From Octopus vulgaris (Eukaryota): 64,000 nucleotides of DNA. The position numbers and the translations under genes are program-made. Below, piece by piece: positions 12,538-24,945 of this stretch. The stretch lies in assembly GCA_951406725.2 (NCBI GenBank), contig OX597821.1, positions 25,172,001-25,236,000 of the forward strand. The letters run 5' to 3'. Positions within the stretch are counted from its first letter, which is position 1, and each line of letters opens with the position of its first letter. Under the pieces are notes generated by a model, which saw nothing but the letters and a program-made list of their open reading frames with translations, did no database searches and had not been told where the DNA came from.

Positions 12538-12883
12538 AATTAAATTAAATTTGTTATAATAGTGAAAAATATTATATAATCATATACATATAAATATAAA
12601 AATATAAAAATGTAAAATATAAAAACTTATACATCATAATGCTACACTTATATAATATAATACACATTTGTACAAAAAAGGAAGGTAAACAGAACAAAAT
12701 AAAACAAAATATATAACAGTGTATATATTAATATTAATAAGTACCGATATTATACATATTTGGCTAATAGTTTTTTTTATAAAAAAAAGGCTAACACATA
12801 TGGAGATGAAAAATAATAATTAAAACCATGGTACAGTTCATAAAATTCTAAAGCTATAAAAGTTAATAAAAATTACTATTAAT

Positions 12884-12968
<85 letters not shown>

Positions 12969-14691
12969 TAATAAAAATAGATACAGTTAAGTTAGCACCA
13001 AGTCCATCCTTTCAAGATCGAAATGACTATGAGTTAAGAAATGCTGACCACTAGGTAAAGAAAATTTAGATTAATTCGATTGGCTATTGGTTTGAAATTT
13101 AAATCACAAAAGAAAATTATACGGTTGGTTAGTCAGGGAACGCCAATATTCACACACGCATCTACAGATCAATCGCACATACACACATAGTTATATGTAT
13201 ATACATACACTTATACACATACATAATCACAAGCAACAACTAGCACTTAGATAAACAAAAAAGGGAAGCAACTATGCTACCATTTAGTCCTTCAAAATTA
13301 TAACTGTGCCTCAATAACAAAAAAAGAACCATCCATGCATTCCATAAAATATTTAATTTAGATATAAATATATTTTTAAATATCAGTATGTTACTAAGTC
13401 AGATAATTATTTCATGGGTAACTTAAAATTTATAACACCGGTTTGTTGCAGAGTAAACATACGGTTGTTAGATTTATCGTAAGTTTGTTATGATTTTAAG
13501 TACGCTAAATTATAAAATATAAAATATAAAATATATATTAATTTAAATATTATAAATAAGTCACTTATTAACTTAATAAATATAGTGCCATAATATACCA
13601 GTTTAGGCATTAAAAAATAGAAGGGGAAGTACTAATGTAAACGCTTATGAGAACATCACAGAAATTTTAAATAAATTTTATATTATAAAGACTTAAGATG
13701 AAAAGTGATAAAATAAATAAGAAGGAATAAATACGAAGGAATAAATACGGTTATACACATAATTATAAGTACAAACCAGTATATATGTATTCATATATTA
13801 TTAAAATTAAATAAAAATAAATGATAGATATGTATGTATAAAACTACCCCAGTATAAGTAAATAAGTAAAAAAATAAATAGGTAACAAATTAGATGACTT
13901 GATATGTATGTAAACATCTACACTTAAATAGGCAAATAAATAAATAAATAGAAGACTAGATGCAAAGATTGATAACATTACAATAAAATGGAAAATAAAT
14001 AAAAAAAAAAAATAAATAAATAAAGTGAATATATATGTTATATTGTTGAATGTAAATATGTATGGAAGGATAGTTTAAAGTACAGATCCAGAGGACTATA
14101 GATATAAACTAAATATATAAGGCTGGTAATAATTATAAAGCAAAATGCATGTAAATGAGAAAATGAAAAAAATGAAAAAGGTTTATCAGTGAATAGCATA
14201 AGATACAAATTAAGGTGAGTACAAAAAGACCAAATATACAATAAAAACCTTCCAAATAAACACATACAAAAAAACCTATAATCTTAACCTAAACCCACCA
14301 AACTCACAAAAGGCTCTCATATATTACATATTATACAATATCATTACATTATCCAGAGCTAGGTATCTAACCAAGATATATATACATACTATGCAATATA
14401 CTATGCAATATTAGAAAACTTCAAAAATCACACATTACAAGGCAAATACCAAAATGAATATGTTATTTTATGTCATATTGCATTTCTCTTAAAAAACAAA
14501 CAAAAACCCACATACAAAAAACAAGAAACCAATAATACTAGACACATCCATTAATTATTATACAAATGTAGCTATAAAAATTATAAAATTATAAAATTTA
14601 TAAATTGTATACTTTAGAATTATAGAAGACCACAGGTATATTTAGTTAAAGAAGGGAATTAAAAAATTAATAATAGTGGAAGTGCTAAGTT

Positions 14692-15057
14692 CTATTTGAA
14701 TCTAGAAAAGGTGAACGGTAGCCTATGAATACAAAAGAAGTTTTTTTCATTAATGTTGTTAATAATTTGCCGACCCGCTTTAATAATGAAGAAAATTTCA
14801 TTAATACATAGAGAGCATTTTTTATTTTTTCCATTATACACAGGTGCTGAAGTTAGTATTTTCCAGTTTAATCTAAAATCTAAGTTCTTACTTTTAAGTT
14901 CCCAAATGTATGCACTTAGCCCTGTAGAGTACATTCTATTTTTATTCCTAAAAGTATATCTGTGATAATTCCATCTTTGTTTTATGCTATTCATAGTTGC
15001 CCCGATATACACCCTACTACTCAATTGTGTATCTACAGTGCATTGGTAAACTACCTC
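14692..15057 (-). CDS. PLE GIY-YIG endonuclease domain (C-terminal fragment; RT lost)
   Basis: EVVYQC..VYIGAT..KQRWNYH..STGLSAYIWELK..CSLCINE..N..E..CIH; frame is open to the stop. Confidence 0.88.
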   Translation of the reverse strand, partial: EVVYQCTVDTQLSSRVYIGATMNSIKQRWNYHRYTFRNKNRMYSTGLSAYIWELKSKNLDFRLNWKILTSAPVYNGKNKKCSLCINEIFFIIKAGRQIINNINEKNFFCIHRLPFTFSRFK

Positions 15058-15293
15058 CTGTCAGTTTTTGATTTATTTGCATATTATATTTGAAATTTTT
15101 TACTTATATCTCTTTATCTTTTTACTATTACTGTATATCTCATTTCATTTTATATATTGCCTTTACTCATATGTAATGGTGTATTAAAGTATGGATTGAG
15201 TATCATCGGATAGTTGATGTTTTACTGATTTAAGTATGTTTCTCCATTCTCTAATTTTGTAGTTATATATATATATACATATACAAATACATG

Positions 15294-15382
<89 letters not shown>

Positions 15383-15800
15383 GTGACTACAAAAAAATGA
15401 GATCTCGATATTAGCTAAATAGAGGATTATTTATATATGTATAATTTAGGACAAACAGTAAGTTGTCATTATAGTAATCGGAGCTTCGAATGTCGGAGCG
15501 AAGAGCTATGATGCATTCTCGTCGGCTATTAATGGCAACAGATGCTATAAAAAAACTGTTGAATAAAAGGGAAGTTACTCTAATAGGTAGGAAAGAAGTA
15601 AAAAAGAACAAAGATAAAAAAATGCCCGCAACCATATTCTCGCAATACATAGACATAAAACCTCCTGTGTTCATAGCGTGTACATACGTACACCTTCACA
15701 CAAACATGTATATTTACATGTACATACACACACAAACATATATGTGCATGTACGTACACACATATCCACATACATACACGCAGGCATGTGTATATATATA

Positions 15801-17644
15801 AGGGTTGGACAAAATAATGGAAACACCTAGCATCAGAGCATCATGATTTTGAAATATCAATAAAAACCGTCAAAAGCTTGTTTATTTTTATGTTTTTCGA
15901 TTTATTTTCAGTGATGCTTAATAAATTTTGTTAAAATTGCAGTTTCTTTTCAGATATCACCAGAAAAAGGTAATTAAAATTCATTAAAATGATAGATCTA
16001 TCGGACTTTCAAAAAGGTCAATCTGTTGGTGCTTGTATGGTAGGCACTAGCATAAAGAAAACAGCCGAAATATTTGGTGTATCAAGAAGTACTGTCTCAA
16101 AAGTAACGACATCCTTTGAGAAAGAGGAGAAAAACCTCCTCGTCGAAACAAAACTCCAGAAGAAAATCAAAACTTTCAGATTAGGACCGTTAGATTCTTA
16201 CGCGAATTGTTAGAAAGGATCACAAAAGTACAGCTTCCAAGATTACTGCAGAGCTTAATGACCACCTCGAGAACCCAGTTTCCACAAAAACTGTTCGCCA
16301 GGAGCTGCACAAAGCCGGATTTCGCGGGAGGGCTGCAATCAGAAAACCACTACCACGTTGCAAGGCGTTTAGAGTGGAGTAAAAACCTACAGAATTGGTC
16401 TCTAGAGCAGTGGAAGAATGTTATTTTCTCGAACGAGTCATCCTTTACCTTATTTCCGATCACCGTGGAGACAGCCAAAAGAAGCATTTGACCCAAACTG
16501 CCTTCTTCCAACAGTGAAACATGGAGGAGGATCTGGGGCGGTGGTGGGGCTATATCTTTGAAATCCGCCAACCCAATAGTTTCCCTTCATGGCAGAATTA
16601 ATAGTCAAGACTATTTAAGCATTTCATCTGATCAAATCCATCCAATTCACACAGCTAAAATTGTTACTAAATGGGGCCAGGAACATTCTAGTGAAGTTGA
16701 ACATCTTATCTGGCCATCACAGTCCCCAGATCTCAATATTATTGAACACTAGCAGTATCGCCCGGCGTTGCTCGGATTTGTAAGGGAAATAACTATATAA
16801 GCATTTTTAGAGAGTTATAGCAAAAAAAATAGAAAAAACATGCATTAAAAATGGAATAAACAATGATGGTAAATTTTTTTTAAATCGTTGACTCATCGTA
16901 GACATTTTTAGAGAGTTACTTCCCTTATATAATAGCGAAAAAATGCATTAAAATGGAAAAAATGATGGTAAATTTTTTTAAATCGTAGACTCATGTAGAC
17001 GCTTTCTTAGCCATTTCTGTTTTGGTGTCTTCAAGCCATGAAGTCGTTGTTCTAAAAGAACGCTGGTCTCCTTGACAACGCATTACGACGTTGATTTCCT
17101 TAAACTCCCTTCCCCACAGCTTCACGAGGGAGGGAAGAAGGGGAGAAGCAAACACAGGTGCAGGTGTTTGAGCGTGGACGCCAACTCCGCCGCCATCGAC
17201 ACACGGAAAATTATGCATTAAAATAGAATAAAAAATGATGTTAAATTATTTTTTAAATCGTAGACTCATCGTAGACGCGCGCTAATAGACAGACGGGCTC
17301 GATATTAATCACGACTATAAGATACCCGAATTTGGTTAAACTGCACCGCAAAATGTGGGAGGAGTTTGGAATCTAAATCGTAGGAGACAGACACTCACAC
17401 TACAGTTTTATATATATAGATTTATGATGCATTTTAGAAAAACAATTAAGGAGTCGATGTACTCCACCATCCCCATCATCACTACAAGAACTGGAGACTG
17501 TTTTAGCTGAAGAATGGACAAAAAATTCCTTTGGAAATAATTCAAACTTTGTGCGAGTCTATACCTCGTAGAATTCAAGCTGTAATTACTGCCAAAGGCA
17601 GTCCTACCCCATATTAAAATTAATTTGTTTGAACTTTTAAGGTG
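15801..17644 (+). mobile_element. Degenerate Tc1 transposon, interrupted by a Helitron; right TIR cut by an LTR
   Basis: Left TIR AGGGTTGGACAAAATAATGGAAACACCT; MIDLSDFQKGQ.., WKNVIFSNES, WPSQSPDLNIIEH|L, IQAVITAKGSPTPY*. Confidence 0.9.
16749..17420 (-). mobile_element. Non-autonomous Helitron
   Basis: 5' TCTATATA; 3' hairpin CCGAGCAACGCCGGG followed by CTAG; inserted between A and T; removing it rejoins the Tc1 motif (ATTGAACA|TTTATG). Confidence 0.92.
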
Positions 17645-18167
17645 TGTAGTGGATCTTGCATGTATGAAGTGGATTCGATCCATCATAGCCAAACTTAAAT
17701 TAACGCTGCAAAAGAACTTTTCCCACGGTGGCACAATGGTTTTTCTCTGACAGCAGTTTTACATTTTCCAGATGCCTTTAGCTAGGCCGAAATGACGTAT
17801 TCACCACTTGACCCTTTTTAACCTCTTCTACTTCACCAAAAGCTAGAATAGAGATAACTAGACCACCAACTAAATCTGTTGTTCTCAATGATATACTTTC
17901 CTTCTGGATAGTTATAAAAGCAAGAACATCCCAAGCAAAAGCCATTCGGTGACGACTCAACCAGTCCAGTCACATGGTGACGACTCAACGAAGTCTGGCT
18001 GACCAGCTAGAACCTTGGTCAGAGGCAGAAATGAAGTTTACTGTCAGCAACTGTGAGACAGCGTCCCACACCCTACAACTCTCACTAGCTCTAATTCTGT
18101 TCTCTTATAACATCATTCTATCTCTCTCAGTAATTACTAGTAAACAATGAAGAGGACACAAACACAC
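17645..18167 (+). mobile_element. Truncated solo LTR (same family as 50368-51557)
   Basis: Starts TGTAGTGG; ~520 bp colinear with the 50368 copy; strand is arbitrary. Confidence 0.75.
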
Positions 18168-18173
18168 AGACGC

Positions 18174-18241
<68 letters not shown>

Positions 18242-18243
<2 letters not shown>

Positions 18244-18399
18244 GACGGGCTTCTTTCAGTTTCCGTCTACCAAATCCACTCACAAGGCTTTGGTCGGCCC
18301 GAGGCTATATTAGAAGACACTTGCCCAAGGAGCCACGCAGTGGGACTGAACCCGGAACCATGTGGTTGTTTAGCAAGCTACTTACCACACGGCCACTCC
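18242..18399 (-). mobile_element. SINE family A, 5' half only
   Basis: Head and core present; 3' half absent. Confidence 0.85.
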
Positions 18400-18422
18400 T
18401 ATATATATATATATATATATAT

Positions 18423-18483
<61 letters not shown>

Positions 18484-18502
18484 TGTATGTATTATGTATG
18501 TA

Positions 18503-18626
<124 letters not shown>

Positions 18627-18642
18627 GTGTGTATGTGTGTGT

Positions 18643-18734
<92 letters not shown>

Positions 18735-21171
18735 GGGATGGCCAAGTCATCGACACCCGTGGGACTAAATCTTTCTTTAAGATGGAGATTATTGTTGTTG
18801 TTATTAATGATGATGATGATGATGTTGTTTCTGCTGTTTAGCCTCATTTCAACGTTGATCGAGTAGTCTATGACTAAAAGCATTCTAGTTTTGATCACCA
18901 AAAAACTATATTATCCATTGTATCTACGTATAACTGGAGAAACGATACACAAAATATATTGTGTTTTAACGATAACAAAATTAATTGGGTTTCTTTTTCA
19001 TTTCAACAATCATATTTGATGTTGTTTACTTTTTTGGTTTTATAATGATGACGACTGGGCTTGTATATTTGCTTCGGACCTATGGTGATATATCATCCGG
19101 TTCGTAGCTGCAATGATTTGGTTGCATGCATTTCGAACTGATTGTAGCACATTAAATCCAAATGTATCTGGTTTATTCGCAATACAAAATAAATTCATCG
19201 TATTGTTGGACAGAGCATGAAAGCTAGCATAACATGAATCAAAAATTTATTTCAGATTTGTAGCTATGGCTAACGTGGCCCGACAAATTTGGACATTATA
19301 TTTAATCATGTCAGTTTCCATATTTTATGATGCCGTCACGCGGGGCATATCGTAAAGTACGTAGCGTTAAAAGAAAATAATAGATTTATTAATATCATCG
19401 TTAGTAACCCATATTAAAATCGATTCTTTTAGGTAAAAAAAAAAAAAAGAAATAAAAAAATCACGGTTATGGAAATATTCCTGCTTCTAGGTCACAAGTT
19501 TGGGGTTGTATCAGAAACACGTCTTTTAGCGATGAAATCACAATTCTGTGTGATTCCATCACATGCAACCTTGTTTTCTGGGTCTTCTACTCTTGTCGGA
19601 TCAATTTGAAGCAACAATATTTTGAACAGCTATATTCATTATTCAGTTATATATTTATCTGTATCAATTTTAATTTTAACATTCAGCAAACAGAAGCCGA
19701 ACAGCAGAAGTAAAAGGAGAACGCGGTTCAAAATCAACCGCGGCTCTCATAAAGCGTATAAAGCAATAGAACGTTCACGTTTCGGCCCGTATTTAGATGA
19801 CAGAGGACCGGCCCAAAGAAACACGAAAATGTATTTCACTATCGATGCGCAAACACAAACTCATACATGTTGCCCATGAAGATAAGACATCACCGCATAT
19901 TCTCTTTATATGTGCGCAGCAAGTATCCGTAACATCAAGGCAAGAGGGTCGTGAGTACTTCCTACAACTATATAAATTCGTTGTTCAAGCTTGTTACTGT
20001 GCAATATACAGCCATCTCGTTCAGGTCTCACTCTTCGAGTGGTTTATCTCCTGAAGATGTCGATCTCTTAAAAAATTTCTTTCTGAATGATTCAGTATTG
20101 CAAGTGGAGGGTGACAAGACTGAGGTGACGCGTATTAGATCTCCTGGTCAGTCACAGAGAGAGAGAGAGAGAGAGAGAGAGGAGATAGAAGAGCATCTCT
20201 CGCGATATTCGAGGTATGCCAGCTCCTCATCGAGGATCGCCCAAACGTAACTTTCAAAATGTCGAAGATCAGCGCAGGAGTTACCTCTCATCAGTCAATA
20301 TATACATGTATCAGTATCCCGCCGGTTTAATTCTTTTGCTGGAACGTCTACATCGCAGTTTCACCTTTATAGTATGGAGGAGAATTCCTTCCACCTGACT
20401 GTCTATTATGAAATACGGCTCATTGTTGAATAGTATCGACCCTGATGAAGCCTTAATCCAGAGGCAAAATTGGATAAAGAAGAATTATTACTTTACGCGA
20501 GAAGAATATAATGGGAATGAGCGAGATATCTTTGATGACGTGGTTACCGAAGTGCTGAAGTCTCTTTGATATGGTTTCATTAAAATCGACAATGAAAAGA
20601 CCTACAACGTGTTATAACTCCAGACAGGGTTTTAAAACTGTGTTGTTTGTGTGTTGTGCTGATAAAATCTTCAACGCCGGATAGCCATCTCGTATTTGTT
20701 TCGACTCTCTCCACCTTCAGCTCAAATTCTGCTGAGGTCAACTTTACCTGGATAGCCAGAACTCTAAGAACATCGGACAAGACGCCTCGCGTTATTTGTT
20801 CCACTTCTGTGAGCTCTGAGTTCAAAATCCCACCATGGCCTATTCGAATTTAACACCACCACCTGGCACTTTGAGTTTATTAACCGCGCCCACTCTTTTG
20901 CAAGCAATCACAGCCAGGTCTCCAGTTTAAAGATACTGCCCTCCTTTCTTCCCGCCAGTCTCAGAAACCCTGAAAAAGTCATGGGCACGACCTTGACCTC
21001 CTCACTAAGTACCTATTTAGAGCTAGATTGTTTCAATAATGATTTCAGTAGTAGCGTTTTCTTTTTTCTATCCTGGGTATGACTTTAAACTGCGCCCGGT
21101 AGTTGGGCCATGACCCGGGAGTTCCAGGGTTTTGTGGAGTGTGGAACCACCTCTTAGCCACTATTTTTCCA

Positions 21172-21437
21172 GTGGGGTGCGTGGCTTAGTAGTTAGTGTG
21201 TGGTTTAGTGGATTCATGATCGTAAGATTGTGGTTTCGATTCCTGGACCGAGCGACGCGTTGTGTTCTGAAAAACACTTCATTTCATATTGCTCCAGTCC
21301 ACTCAGCTGGCAAAAATGAGTAATCCTGTGACGGAACGGCATCCTGTCCAAGTGGAGAATATATACACCATGAAAACCAGGAAACCGGCCTTTATCAGAT
21401 GGCATGACTCAAGGAGGTAATTTTACCTTTACTTTTT
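21172..21437 (+). mobile_element. tRNA-derived CORE-type SINE (family C) with 12-bp TSD
   Basis: A and B boxes, TTGCTCCAGTCCACTCAGCTG core, TTTACC tail; TSD ACTATTTTTCCA (21160-71) / ACTATTGTTCCA (21438-49). Confidence 0.8.
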
Positions 21438-21778
21438 ACTATTGTTCCAAGGTCTATTTTGATTCGAAGTCGTAGGACTTGTCAGGGTGCCAGCTATGAG
21501 TAAATTAACATATTAGGGCTTGCCTACCTATGTATGTGAAAACAGGATCCGACGGACTATGCGGAAGAAACCTTTATGGTTCAGCGCATTATCGAGTCCA
21601 GAGAGTAAGATGAGGAAAGTAAAACATCTTGATCATCCACTGAACTCGTCTCATTCTCAAGTCGTCTTGACCTGGCCTTAACACTGGATTGAAGATAGTC
21701 ACGGACGAGAGAATAAGGTTGACGACGCGCAACTCTTCTTCACTGTAAAGAAAGTCACCCACGCAAGTCATCAGTCAT

Positions 21779-22155
21779 ACTTGTACTTGTACTTGTGGCG
21801 ACATTCACTCTGGGCGGGTTGAGTCGGCTTCTTCTACTTCATGGAAAAAGTTTCGTGGGAATATGTGGATTTCACAAGCGGTCCCCAACAATCCCGCATG
21901 TATAGACATCCTGTTTGCCGCAGATTGTCCGCAGACGCAGGGACAGAACGACCGAGGAGCCGTCGGTTGCCGAAGCAGACACTCCGAGGATTTTCATCAG
22001 AGCCCCGTCTGCCGGGTTGTGGCCCTAATACCATTCGGTGTCAGACCAATCCGCCTTGGGTGGCCCTACCAGGAACCGAAGTTCCCGACGGCATAGCTCT
22101 GACACTACCCGTTGCCAGCGTCCCCACCACGGTGAGGAGGGGATGGATTTTGGGG
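21779..22155 (-). mobile_element. Short non-autonomous RTE-derived retroposon (RTE 5' leader plus 3' end), 18-bp TSD
   Basis: Perfect TSD ACGCAAGTCATCAGTCAT (21761-78 and 22156-73); (ACAAGT)3 tail; leader CCGTGGTGGGG..GAGCTATGCC..CCTGGTAGGGCCACCCAAG. Confidence 0.8.
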
Positions 22156-22599
22156 ACGCAAGTCATCAGTCATCCTTAAGGCTGACCAGACAGTCCTCGT
22201 TATTCCGATGGCTGAACATGATTCTTTTTAAGGACTAGGGTTATCCGTCACCTCCATACAGTACTTGCTTATACGTAGGCTCCCTTGCTATTATTCTATC
22301 CCTCCACGAAAAAAAAGTCTAATTTATAATTAAGTGATCTCGTTTATTTAAGAATGAAGTCTGTCTGCCAAAGAAATAACGCAATGTCGTAGACAACCTA
22401 ACGCTGCAACATTTTAATATCACACAGTCGACAATTAGTTGCCTCTCACATCTGACTTAGCCATGAAAAATTATATCTCATTAATTAATTAATAATGCGA
22501 TACAAATTTTCTGTATCATTGTATTATTAGTTAAATGAGAAATATGAACAGATTTTAATGTCATCCAGTAATGGGATTAAACGCTAATAGACCATTGAA

Positions 22600-23230
22600 G
22601 TTGTGTAGAGGTAGACGGTGAAGAGGAGTAGACGACGGTGAGGGTGATGGGGTAGAAAAGACAATGCTGACCAAGGGGGTATAGTGGACAAAGGTGAAAT
22701 GGGTTACGGTGTATAATGAGATGCATCGGGGTAGTTTGGTGAAGTTAGTAAGGTGGCATAGAAATGATGTAGTGTAGCTGAGTGGAGTATGGTGCGGAGG
22801 TGGAGGGTGAACAGTGAGGTGGATGGGGTAGAATGGACATTGAGGTGTGGTGGGGTGGGGTGGACACTAAGATGTGGTGGGGTACAGTGGACAATGACGT
22901 GGTAGGTATAGTGGATACTGAGATGAGTTGAAGTAGAGTGGACATAGAGATGTGATGGGGTACTGTGGACGTTGGGGTGTGGTGGGGGTAGAGAAGGTAC
23001 TGAAGTGTGGGAGGCAGAGTGGACATTGAAATGTGGTGGGGTAGAGTGGACATTGAGGAATGGTGAAGTAAATGGACATTGAGGTGTGATGGGGTAGAGG
23101 GAACAATGAGGTGTAGTGGGCAGAGGGGACATTAGGTGCGGTGGGGAAGAGTGGACATAAAGATGTAATGAGGGTAGAGAGGACGTTGAAATATGAGGGT
23201 AGTGTGGACATTGAGATGAGTTTGAGTAGA
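22600..23230. repeat. Degenerate ~30-bp G-rich minisatellite
   Basis: Recurrent GTGGACATTGAGGTGTGGTGGGGTAGA units. Confidence 0.85.
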
Positions 23231-23305
23231 ATAGCCAAAACTGCACACGTGACGAAATGGTAAAACTAAAATGTCAGCAGTCCTACTGAAACCTCGATTC
23301 GTGTG

Positions 23306-23400
<95 letters not shown>

Positions 23401-23912
23401 CGCGTGTGTGTGCGTGTGTGTATCAATAAATAGTAATCGGAGTGATGACTTAAATGAAGAACAGAAGAAAGATAACATACGAACATGTTCTGCGTGAAAA
23501 GCTAATGATAAGTCTGTGTTAACATTTTTATTGTAGTCAACCAAGAAATTATAATCAATAAAGCCGTGACGAGGAGAAGGAATCGTTAGTTTAATTCTGG
23601 TCAGGAAAAGCAAACATTGTGAAACAGAAGAAGAGTAATACTCACGTAGACGGTATTGAAGTGATGTGTGTCTCTTTCGTTTGATTGGTAGCCAGTTCTG
23701 TACAGCACAGCATTACCAGCTGCCACTCGTTCGCAAGCATTGCTTGATGATAAGTACCATAAATATTAGCGACAGAGGCACTGTTAACATCGAGAGGTAA
23801 TAGTTAGTTACACTTAAACGTGGGTGTTCGGTTAGAACAAATTATACTGCGGTAGATACCAAGTGAGAACATCTCATATTGGCTTTTGGTGCAAAATGCA
23901 CTCTTACTTATA

Positions 23913-24308
23913 TCCTTTTCTACTCTAGGCACAAGGCTCGAAATTTTTGGGACGGGGGCCAATCGATTAGATCGACCCCAGTACGCAACTGGTACTTAAT
24001 TTATCGACCCCGAAAGGACGAAAGGCAAAGTCGATCTCGGCGGAATTTGAACTCAGAACGTAATGGCAGACGAAATACCTATTTCTTTATTACCCACAAG
24101 GGGCTAAACACAGAGAGGACAAACAAGGACAGACAAACGGATTAAGTCGATTATATCGACCCCAGTGCGTAACTGGTACTTTATTTATCGACCCCGAAAG
24201 GATGAAAGGCAAAGTCGACCTCGGCGGAATTTGAACTCAGAACGTAATGGCAGACAAAATACCGCAAAAGCATTTTGCCCGGTGTGCTAACGTTTCTGCC
24301 AGCTCGCC
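23913..24308 (-). mobile_element. SINE family B, dimeric, full length
   Basis: Head GGCGAGCTGGCAGAAACGTTAGC, one internal module and one terminal module; junction at 24078/24079. Confidence 0.9.
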
Positions 24309-24721
24309 GGGAGATAAATTTCCGCCAACTCCAGCGCCGAGACCATCAGGTCACGTGATTTCAACCTTCCTTGGTGTTGTCAATGATGGAAGCTCGACTA
24401 GTTGAGATAGTAGCGACTCATCTCCCCGCCAGTGATAGAAAGGCAGTGCCAGAACAGGAGCTGGTAACGCGATTCACCAGTGATCTTGTTAAAAAAGTAT
24501 GCATTAGCACAGAGTCTGTATTAATACCGAGAGGTAATATTTACCCCCCACCCACTTAAACGTGGATGTTCTGTTAGAACAGACTACACTCTACTAGATA
24601 CCGTGAGCGTACTATGCCTTCGCTAATTGTTTTAGGTGCCCGTGTAATCGCGAGCAGACGTAGGTACCCTCTCGGTTCCTTTACACTTTGATCCAGCAGT
24701 ACATCTAGGATTTGGCTACTG

Positions 24722-24787
<66 letters not shown>

Positions 24788-24794
24788 TGCGCCA

Positions 24795-24945
24795 GCATGA
24801 GGCTGGTACTCATTTACAAGAGAGTAGACTGAAGCAGTTTTAAATGAAGTGCCTTGTACAAGGACACCACACACTGCTAGGTCTAGAAATTGAACCTACG
24901 GCCTTATGATCATGAGGCGAACACCTAGCCACTAGGTAACATCCA
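24795..24945 (-). mobile_element. Diverged CORE-type SINE fragment
   Basis: Plus strand GGTACTCATTT..AAGTGCCTTGTACAAGGACAC..TTGAACC. Confidence 0.6.

Larger units (their letters stand above)
12057..15263 (-). mobile_element. 5'-truncated Penelope-like retroelement with inverted pLTR, inserted in (TA)n
   Basis: GIY-YIG ORF; ~2.1-kb AT-rich 3' region; HHR at 12430-12537; 206-bp inverted repeats 12231-12436 and 15058-15263; tail 12057-12230; TA runs on both sides. Confidence 0.9.
21070..22240 (+). mobile_element. Old Ceph-domain-like retroposon, interrupted by two younger insertions
   Basis: CCTGGGTATGACTTTAAACTGC...GGAGTGTGGAACCACCTCTT..CCAAGGTCTATTTTGA; colinear with a second copy at 41630-42540. 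Confidence 0.55.

Noticed and set aside
20442-20475. Hammerhead-like CTGATGAAGCCT...AGGCAAAA
   Set aside because: Lacks GAAA and a convincing stem III; may be a very old PLE end (weak GIY-YIG-like peptide upstream) but cannot be supported
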